Positions 14,194 to 22,714 of a stretch of DNA of 64,000 nt are shown here, piece after piece. The stretch's first letter is position 1. Every line of letters starts with the position of its first letter. The stretch lies in contig OZ320314.1 in the NCBI GenBank assembly GCA_976226885.1, positions 116,498,001 through 116,562,000 on the forward strand, given 5' to 3'. A program made the position numbers and the translations under genes. The notes beneath the pieces are model-generated. The model was not told the DNA's origin, did not search any database, and saw only the letters and a list, made by a program, of their open reading frames with translations. Origin of the DNA: Iphione sp. A-MEVVRFRX5. Lineage: Eukaryota.

Positions 14194-14349
14194 CAAGCCC
14201 GTAGCCAAGGGGATATCGGGGTATCGTATGATACCGCCCAAAAACATTCATGCTAAAAGGCTCCCATAAAGGAAAAAAACAGTTTCACCTGTGAGGTAAT
14301 GGGGTATCATCCGATATCCCATAAAAAGAACTTCCTGGCTACGGGCCTG
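14194..14349 (+). mobile_element. MITE with CA(A/G)GCCCGTAGCCA TIRs and 5-bp TSD (CTATC)
   Basis: TIRs CAAGCCCGTAGCCA / TGGCTACGGGCCTG flanked on both sides by CTATC. Confidence 0.8.
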
Positions 14350-15087
14350 CTATCACATATTGCATATCCTCTACGAGGACAACAAAAAGCAGTACAGATT
14401 ACCAAATAATGAAGGACTCGGGGCACGACCCTCGTCTGTTAATTCTTAACAACTAATATGCATCATGCAGATCACTTTTAGACGCGTGTGACCCTGAGGT
14501 CCAAAATAATGGACAAGTCACTTCCAAATGTTACGCCGTTCAAACTAATGACGACCGCGAAGCGAAATATCCATTACAAATACACATACAACGCCGGCGA
14601 AACAGGAGAAACCCTGAGTTGATCGGCGATCAAGTGTGTCTGAAAAACAGCAATACCCATCTCGTTAAACGGTGAATTCCGATAGGCAGAAGCGAATGTG
14701 TCGATCTCATTAACAACCTGTTTGGATTACTAGAAACTGGACATGTGAGATGTCTACACATTGTAATTCCAAGTTGGAGTTCAAAAAACGGCCCACATAT
14801 AGGGCTAATGGGAGGCTTCACCAGTATGCATCAGGCATGGGATTGAACAGATACAGTACGGCCGCCCTAAAGGTGCAATACAGTAGAGTGAGCATGGCAA
14901 AATCTGTTAAGAAATAATTATCATGATCATCTCTCTACCCAGTCAGAATGTAGCAATGCATCACAAAGTATCTAATGGTCGTAGTGCCAGCCCACAAGCT
15001 ATATCCACAGTCAGTGCCAGTCGGAATGGCCGGTGTAACTTATGGCCAGGTTTATATGGCCAGGGTGGTCAGTCAATATGGCTGGCA

Positions 15088-15167
15088 GTGGTTAGGGTCA
15101 GGGTTAGGGTTAGGGATAGGGTTAGGGTTAGGGTTAGGGTTAGTGCTAGGGTTAGGGTTAGGATTAG
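15088..15167 (+). repeat. Interstitial (TTAGGG)n-like tract inside an inverted-repeat element (about 14975-15240)
   Basis: About 12 degenerate GGGTTA units; flanking arms GTTTATATGGCCAG / CTGGCCATAAAC are near-complementary. Confidence 0.75.
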
Positions 15168-17041
15168 CCATATTTACAGAAAAATACTGGCCATAAACGA
15201 CCATTGGCGGCCATACAGATCATTGGCCATTAAGACGGACGGCCTTTGCAACCATCATTCCCCATAGTCGTGGTATGTGACTGAGCCTGTTTCACAATAT
15301 CAACTCTCCATGCAGAGGCTCAGCAATTTAACATTGAGGAGCATACTCATTAAAAGATGGGAGGAAGAAGTCGCCCTCCTAGATTGAACACGAGGGAAGC
15401 AAAACCCTATCAACCAGCCAAGCGTGGAATCACCCGGTAACAACATCATTTACGTAGAATTGTCCCAATTAAACAACAGTTGCAGGAGGAGATGGAGATA
15501 ATGCATTTCCAGGAGCATCAATCTTGAGCGTAATGAATTGGGTGCTTTAAGGCAGAGTGAGGGACTGGAGTCTGAAGGGCAGAGAAAGACTCCCAGCCCG
15601 CCCGCCCAGCCCGCCGAGCCGATCCCCCCGACCTTAAATAAGGAACAAAGGGGAACGATTAACTGTCCACTGGTAAGGTTTCATTCACCGAGCTGAGAAT
15701 AACGAGGAAGAGGACAGGTAATCGCTCAGGGAAGGCATTATTAAAGGGAAATATAAGGAAACTCGAACTGGGGCAGCATGATGAAAATTCTAATGACCAA
15801 AACCTGATGGTGAATCGTTCACCAAAGCTGAAGCAATTCAACAATGGTAGCCGTGCGATAAGCATGGACAAAGGAGAAGTCCTGGAATCTGAAAAAGATA
15901 GATCCAAACGTTAGAGTCTGATAATTAGCATGATTTGAATGAAACACGTCGTGAATCTCCTCCAATTAACGGGAAAATTTGAGGTTTTTTGGTGTAACGT
16001 TGTTGAATTTCAGTACAATCTGTAAACATTTTAGTTTCCGATGGACAGTTGTTAAATTCCAACTTATATAAAATGTGAGTTCTTTATTCAAATTAAATGC
16101 AAATTCGGTAGACTTTTAACATGGTGCAAACACAAACAGGCACCTTTCCTCACAGATTTAGGTGTGTTCCTGTGTATTTCTCACACCTTTGGGTGTTCAA
16201 ATAGGTGATGTGCCACGTGTGACTACATTTAATAATTCCTTGAGCATTTTCTCACAATTCTCACAACCTATGGCGACTTTTGTCACGCCTTCTACTTGTG
16301 TGAGTAGATCCTAGTAATTCTTAACCCTTTCCTCTTCCCTTCATCACACTGTTTTCCTCGGATTTCCTGGATAGTACAGTGTAATTCCAGATTTGTACGA
16401 GTTCGACTGCTGGTGCAATGTAAGAATCGTACAGACTTATAGAAAACTTCTGGAGCTTGCAGCACCATCTTAAAATCATGCAAATTCTGAAACTTAACCT
16501 GTACAAAATCTTTGCAATTCCCCCAATGGTTGCACAATCAAGGAATCTATGAAAAGGAGACAATTTAGCTGTTTGCATCTAACATACAACTGTATGACAT
16601 GGAGCTATTCAAATTTTGTACGAGTCCTGAGTATATAAGCGGTTGGGCACAGGTTTAACATTGAACACAGGTTTAACAATGGTCTTCTTTTCATGAGAAG
16701 GTTTCTTCGCCATCAGGTAAGAATCGACACATCAGCTGGAGGTGCTTTTGGAATGTAATGGTCCCCTTCAGAGGGGAAAAAAATATTACGCCAGGAATTT
16801 TAAGACGGCATCAGTACGATGCCTGATGCATAGTTCACGTCTTTCATCTGTACGTAGCTCGTGTTCCATTCGTGGCTGTAACAGCACCAAAATGCCAATG
16901 CAGGATAAAACGATGTCTCTCATAGCAACGCATATTTATGCATTTCCACTCTCAGAAAGTATCTAGATAACCAGCATGTGTCAGCCGAAGGTATTACTCT
17001 GGAAAGCATACGTAACCGGTATGCTTTATACCTGTTTATAT

Positions 17042-17729
17042 TGTAATTCGGTTAACTCTTCCACTTGGTGTAATCCAACTAAACGCTAGCTCCCTTAGTT
17101 ACTCCACTGTAATTCCAGTGAGGCTATGTCCAGTTACTAACTCCAGGATAATTCCCCTGTTGAAATTCCCACTTGGTGAATCCAACTATTGTTAAGTGTT
17201 ATCCTGTCCCAGTTACTTCACTGTAGTCCCAGTGCGGTTACATCCAAGTGCCAACCCTGGGTAATCCAAGTGGGTTTGATATATCCCCAATCAACAAGGT
17301 CCACTAGTGAGTTCCAAGTGCAAACTGTTTTATTGGCCACACAGGGCCCATATTTATAGTCAAACTCCTGGTCATGTGATCCATACAATGTATTATTCAT
17401 GGAATAAAACTGTTACAACATGTGGTGTGTGCCTTACTCTCTACCAATCATCTCAGAGCAATCAGATACAAAGTTACAGATGCCTGGGCATCCAGGGCTC
17501 AGGGCCATACAACTTGCCTGTGGTGCCACAGGCCATGACCATTTTTCTAAATTACTACGACATAGTTACCCTGGCTGGCTGTGGTGCCGCAGCCGAGATC
17601 GTTTCTAGAGTTCACCAAGTACAGTACATGTATCTACTACTGTATACGACTGCAGTGCCACAGTCGACGTTAATTCCAGAGTTCACCAAGTACAGTACAA
17701 GTGGCTGTGGTGCCACAGACAACATTACA
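17042..17729 (-). repeat. 3' LTR
   Basis: TG...CA termini. Matches 27189-27876 except two substitutions found by eye (GTGAGTT/GTGAATT and TATTATT/TATCATT). Confidence 0.97.
17329..17358 (-). promoter_or_regulatory. LTR TATA box (TATAAATA, 17358-17351) and poly(A) signal (AATAAA, 17334-17329); equivalents in the 5' LTR at 27505-27498 and 27481-27476
   Basis: Motifs read on the - strand and positioned as expected for a U3/R boundary. Function inferred. Confidence 0.7.
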
Positions 17730-17742
17730 CTCTCCCCACCTT
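17730..17742 (-). other. Polypurine tract
   Basis: AAGGTGGGGAGAG on the - strand, abutting the TG of the 3' LTR. Confidence 0.9.
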
Positions 17743-17759
17743 AAAACAGTCCGCCGGGG

Positions 17760-18480
17760 GAAGTGCAAACCGGTTATCCTGGGAGGCACAACCTGAGCTA
17801 GCATAACTCTTCCTAGGGAGGTTAACAGTTGTCCTAACAATTCTTGGATAACTACTGGTAACTCTGGCAAAGCCTCCATAGGAGGTGATGATCATTAATA
17901 ACACTCCCAACAATTCTTGGATAACAACTAGTAACTCTGGAAAAGTCTCCATAGGAGGTAATGATCGATACTCACTAGTCATCAACGGTAACAGTCTGGA
18001 ATATGCACATACATACAGGAACAGTCTGGGATAAATGCTTACTCTGGTAAAGCCTCCTTAGGAGGTAGTGATCAATATTCACTGGTCATCAACGGTAACA
18101 GTCTGGAATATGCACGTACATACAGGAACACCCCCCTTTTAGTAATCGATTATCTGGAATGTATGCTGAATCTGGTAAAGTCTCCATGGGAGATAAAGAT
18201 GTAGTCATCACTTCTAATAAGACAAACCTGAACCCCGTTTTTTTTTTTTTTTTTGTGGGGTACAGTCCCCTCCAGTCATTACTTTGATAACACTCCACGG
18301 CCCCATAGGGGGTAACATTTGGCAAGTAACATGGGTAACAATCATCACAGATCAACATCACATTATAGCAAAACATTATAAATACTCCACCTGAGGCAGA
18401 GAACCTGAGTGTATAACCTTTTTTTTTGTGGGGTACAGTCCCCTTCAGTCACTTCCCACAACTCTCCAAACCTTAGTATC
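17760..18480. repeat. Degenerate tandem repeats in the element's 3' non-coding region
   Basis: ACTCTGG(C/A/T)AAAG(C/T)CTCCATAGGAGGT-type unit about 4 times; GTCATCAACGGTAACAGTCTGGAATATGCAC twice; TTTTTTGTGGGGTACAGTCCCC twice. Confidence 0.8.
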
Positions 18481-18650
18481 TCAGGTAACAATTACGAACA
18501 GTAAGGTTTTTATGGGGGGTAGGGTCCCCTTCTCTACCCTTTTCTTTGTAACACCCTTGTTTAACGAACCCCCCCCGACAGCTAGACTAAAGAAACCTCC
18601 AAAGGAGGTAGTCACATGCGGTGGCACAGCCTCCAGGCTTGGACGGGACC

Positions 18651-20021
18651 TTACTCCCCGTCCTTCCTCTCCTTCTCCGCTGCAGGGTGCGGTCGGCCCT
18701 CCGCCCCCTTGAGGCAGCGTCTCCACACTTCTTGTGTCCCCAGCAACAGTTGCCTGGGGGCCGAATGACGACAGACGTCATACAAGGTAGGGGACTGCTG
18801 GTCCTGCTGCATCTGCGCGTCGTCTCTTTCACGTAACCACCGAACTGCGTCGGTGGCCCTAGGGCCCCTATCTTGTCCTCCCTCCCTCTGGAGATCCTTA
18901 ATGAGGTTTTCTGCGACAGTAACGGTGTGATTGTTCCGGGCGAGTATATCGTCTACGTTTCCCCAGTCCTGCGGCTGAGGGAGTGCCATCCCGGGCAGGA
19001 GAAGGGCTGGCCTCTGTCGCAGTGGTTCCAACACAGTAGGGGGGAGTGCCCCACCTCCTTCCGCTAACTGGAGCACCCAGGCCAAAGATAATGATGTCAT
19101 CAACCGCTGGACCGGAGAGAGTGCGTCCCAGCGCGGGGGAGGCCAGGTGATGACAGGTGGTAGACGGACCGGGCCTGGCACGAGTTGGCTCCGCATAGTG
19201 GCCACATGGGGAGGGAAGAGGCCAGAGAGGATGTCCTGCACGCGTCCGGTCACATGTGGTCGCCGCCGCGGCGACAGGGTATAGGCGGCCAGCCGGGCCA
19301 GATGGCCCTCCCCCAGGAGTGAAAGCTCGTCTCGGACGCCAGCGGGCCAGGCTTTCCCTTGAGTTGGCACCCGCGATGGCGTACAGGCCGTGCCGGACCC
19401 AGGAGTGGCCGGCCGTCGTTCCTCAGGTGTTGCCGCAACCTCTCCAATCGCCGGTTCCACGGCGGGGGCCTCACAAGGTGGGGAAACCGGTGCCGCCTGT
19501 GTGGAGGAGGCAGCCCCCGACCCCTCCCCAACGGGGCCCCCGATCCTGCACTGACGGGGCAGTGGCGGGGGGTTCGCCCGTTGCGGGCATTCGGCCAACA
19601 TGTGCTCCACATCTTGTTGAGTCAGCACCCATCCCTCCTCTCGGGCCCGGCGGGCACGCATAAGAATAGTGGTCAGTTCGTCATCTGGGGCAGCGACGAT
19701 CCGAGGCCCCCCACTCACTACATCGTGGAGACATCGGTAAGGTTTTTCGGTCAAACCGAAGTCAACGGCCCAGGGGTGGTAGCGTCGCTGGTGGGTAACC
19801 CAGTAGTGTTCATCGTTTATCACCACCGAACACCAAAGGCACATAATATCACGGCCCCGCCCCCCTTCATGCTTATCATGTACATGACGATCATATGAAT
19901 CTTGATTCTTGAATGGACGTGGTACAACACACCTGGTACAGATCTTGGCCTCTGGGGTAAGCTGTAAGTCTGGTGTCAGCTTACTGGGCCACCGTTTTCC
20001 ACCTACCTTCTTGCGCGGCAT
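18651..20021 (-). CDS. Accessory ORF3 of the retrotransposon: C2H2 zinc-finger protein (456 aa from ATG 20021; frame open from 20051)
   Basis: Uninterrupted ORF, ATG in ACAATG context, basic N-terminus PRKKVGGKR. Finger 1 is C-x2-C-x14-H-x4-H (CTRC..F..Y..HVHDKH). Finger 2 is C-x2-C-x12-H-x4-H (CLWC..HQRRYH). A TEKPYRC linker-like segment follows. Confidence 0.8.
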   Translation of the reverse strand: MPRKKVGGKRWPSKLTPDLQLTPEAKICTRCVVPRPFKNQDSYDRHVHDKHEGGRGRDIMCLWCSVVINDEHYWVTHQRRYHPWAVDFGLTEKPYRCLHDVVSGGPRIVAAPDDELTTILMRARRAREEGWVLTQQDVEHMLAECPQRANPPPLPRQCRIGGPVGEGSGAASSTQAAPVSPPCEAPAVEPAIGEVAATPEERRPATPGSGTACTPSRVPTQGKAWPAGVRDELSLLGEGHLARLAAYTLSPRRRPHVTGRVQDILSGLFPPHVATMRSQLVPGPVRLPPVITWPPPRWDALSPVQRLMTSLSLAWVLQLAEGGGALPPTVLEPLRQRPALLLPGMALPQPQDWGNVDDILARNNHTVTVAENLIKDLQREGGQDRGPRATDAVRWLRERDDAQMQQDQQSPTLYDVCRHSAPRQLLLGTQEVWRRCLKGAEGRPHPAAEKERKDGE

Positions 20022-20059
20022 TGTCGGCGCTCGGTGGCTGCGGAACCACAAGCGTCTCG

Positions 20060-20190
20060 GATGCCCTCCACTCGATGCAGCTGTGGGTCCGCAGTCAGTT
20101 TATTCACCTTGTGTGTGTCCTCCTTCTGATACCCTCCACTCGGTACAGCTGTGGGTCCGCAGTCAGTTTATTCAACTTGTATGCGTCCTC
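20060..20190. repeat. 68-bp tandem duplication, each unit carrying the palindrome and a minus-strand AATAAA
   Basis: GAT(G/A)CCCTCCACTCG..CAGCTGTGGGTCCGCAGTCAGTTTATTCA at 20060 and 20128. Confidence 0.9.
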
Positions 20191-20358
20191 TACTCCCTGT
20201 GGCACCACAGCCGCCGAGCTAGCGTCGACGCTTCTGTGGTGCGGTTCCCTTCGCCTTCTTTGCCCTGGTCGTTGTTCTTACTGGTCCAGAAGGTCCAGCT
20301 TCATGTCCTCCTCTTCTTCTCCCACGCTTCCGAGCTGGAGAGCCTTATTTTGCAGTAA

Positions 20359-20730
20359 ATTATAGCAATTTAAATGCCCCAAGCCGAAATCTTCCCTAGA
20401 ATTTTGAGCCCTGGATCGAAAACGAGGCTGGGCGGAAGTTTACGTTTGGCTGCGGTTCCGCAGTCACTGTTTTTTTTCTTTTCTACCGCTGTGGGGCCAC
20501 AGGGTGGAATTTAATGCCTTTCTTTACAAAGTCGGGACCTTTTAAGCTGTTTCCGCAAATTTTCATCAGATTTTGGCAGTCAACGGACTTTCGGCGATGG
20601 GTGCCTGTGGGGCCACAGCCGCTCGGCGTACTGCGTAGTTCGGTTCCCCTCTCTTGCCTGTGGCGCCACAGTCGCTTTCCCGCTCGCGCTGCCTATAAGT
20701 ACCCTCGTTATCCAGGTCTCGGCGTTAGTT
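20359..20730. promoter_or_regulatory. Putative divergent internal promoter
   Basis: Minus-strand TATAAT (20364-20359); plus-strand TATAAG (20694-20699) with Inr-like TTAGTT at 20725-20730; four CTGYGG-NN-CCRCAG palindromes between them. Confidence 0.55.
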
Positions 20731-20758
20731 CTCCAACTGACTTCATAGGATCCACACC

Positions 20759-21022
20759 ATGGAAGGCAGCTACCATCTACCCAGTTGGCTCATGGCCTAT
20801 CCTCCTACTGTGAACCAGTAAGTTCCCTATTGTCTCCAGCTTCAGTCATTTTGTATTTGATGGTTCTGAAATTCAGTTTGTTGTTGTTAGGGTTCTGTTC
20901 AACCTTTCTCTTCATAGGTTAAGATCAGACTCTGGTGGGTGAAGCACCCCTTCATCTCCAGCCTGTGTGTCCTCCTTGCTGCCATTCAGATGGTTAGAAG
21001 GTGAGTGTCCTTGGGTGATTTA

Positions 21023-21055
<33 letters not shown>

Positions 21056-21892
21056 GTTTTGCAGGTACGCCGATTTCTTTTACCTGTGCCTCTTGGTTTT
21101 GCAGGTACGCCGATTTCTTTTACCTGTGCCTCTTGGTTTTGCAGGTACGCCGTCCCTGATGCGTACTACCGACACGTAGACGTCACCACCCCAGGGCCCT
21201 CTTTACGCGTGTACGGTCTCTACAATGTCTTGGACACGCCGCTGTACATCGCGTCGCCTGGCTATGTCCGCCTCTTTGGCCCGGATCACGTTCTGGACGT
21301 GGTGGTCCATCCTGCGGGGCCGTCGGAGCCGCCTCTTCCCACCATACACGATCCATGGTGGTGTGTCGATCGGAATGAGGCTGTCTCCCCTGACCTGGGG
21401 CTTCGGGACGTGGAAGAGACACTGGCGTCTCTCACTCCGGATCCGAGCTACACCAGTCTGGCCACCTCGTCCGCCGCTTCCTGGGCCGACTGCAGTCCTT
21501 CGGCCCCTCATGATGTTCCAGCCTGGGCCCTAGGCATAGACGATCGTGCCTCCCTCTCCTCCACCGACAGCTACGCGGGCACCGACGGGACCGCCTCGAC
21601 GCTGACGTCCAGCCGTCTCGACCCTTGGGGGTCCGACCAGGACCTCAGCGACCTGTTCTCGCCGCTGCCGTCGGCTCCTCCTTCCCCTTCCCTGTCGCTG
21701 GACTCTCCACCATGGTTCCCGGCTTCTCCCTCCTCCTCCGGCACCACTTCCATCAATGACACTCCCGACAGGGGGACCCCCCTACTAGGTCGGGCCCTGC
21801 TGGAGGAGATGCCAACTGACATTCTTTGCCAATGCTACCCAGGCCTCTGCCGGGGGGACTGCGCGTCCTTCCCGATCGTGCTGTCCGACTAA
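20759..21892 (+). CDS. Antisense spliced accessory gene (predicted exons 20759-20817, 20962-21000, 21145-21892; 281 aa), unknown function
   Basis: Donors CCA/GTAAGT (20818) and AAG/GTGAGT (21001); acceptors CTTCATCTCCAG (20961) and GGTTTTGCAG (21144). The joined exons give 846 nt in one frame ending at TAA 21892, followed by AATAAA at 21961. The last exon is better supported than exons 1-2. Confidence 0.62.
21055..21152 (+). repeat. 40-bp tandem repeat that triplicates a splice acceptor, preceded by T30
   Basis: GGTTTTGCAG/GTACGCCG with AG at 21063-64, 21103-04 and 21143-44; T-run 21025-21054. Confidence 0.9.
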
Positions 21893-21960
21893 ACGTCCGA
21901 CTATATGTGTAAATATTGTGAATATGTAAATAGATCCCGTCGCAGCATTAAGGGTTGTTA

Positions 21961-21966
21961 AATAAA
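21961..21966 (+). terminator. Poly(A) signal of the antisense gene
   Basis: AATAAA 69 nt after the stop codon, in an AT-rich island within a GC-rich region. Confidence 0.65.
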
Positions 21967-22714
21967 TTTCAGTTACCTGTTAGTCGTCTCCCTGTGGTTT
22001 TCCTTTCCGTACAGTTCTTAAGTCTTTCTCCCTCTTAAAGGTGTCCAAAGGCAGCCTCTGCTTCCCCTCGACCGGTCTACTAGAGGAAATGGACCGCAAC
22101 TGGGCCCCTCCAGAGGAAAGTGGACCGCATCTTGGCCGTGCAACCACTCCCCTTCGTCCAGAGGACAAGGACAGCATCTTGGGTAAAGTAACCCTGTCCT
22201 ACTTGTGGTCTCACCGTCTCCCGTCCGTCAATCCGTACCGAACCGTTTCGAGCTCCGCCGTCTCCGGGACGTTCACTCCCTACCCGCTTCATAAACGTTT
22301 CGCGTGCTCCAAGGTGTTCATCCTCCCTCCGCAGGCCTTTCGTGCATCTCCAGGAGGTCCGTCCTCCTACCTGGACTTTCTGGGCCGGGTCAAACCCCAG
22401 GATGTCCATCCTCCTCCAGGGAATTTCGGATGCGAAATACGCTTTCGGGCGTTCCCTTTTCGCCCCACGGACTTTTCGAGCGCTACCAGGGGGCCTCCCC
22501 TCTTCACAGGTCGTTTCAAGCCGATGGCTTCCGGGTCGCCTGTCGCACCCATAGTGGCCATTTCGAGCCCTTCCGGCTCCGGGCGGGCCGTCGCCCTCCA
22601 TGAACCTTTTCGAGCATCGCCAGGACGTTTATCATCCTACCTTCCGACTCGCTATTCCTTCCGAGTCTGCGGGACACTGGGTCCCAGCGGGCTTCCTCGC
22701 CCCCCATCTCCTTA

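Noticed and set aside
17307-17744. 145-aa and 142-aa ORFs within the LTRs
   Set aside because: Non-ATG starts, no recognisable domain, and duplicated only because the LTR is duplicated.
17730-22714. env gene or chromodomain downstream of integrase
   Set aside because: No ORF with a signal peptide plus transmembrane anchor, and no chromodomain motif at the pol C-terminus.
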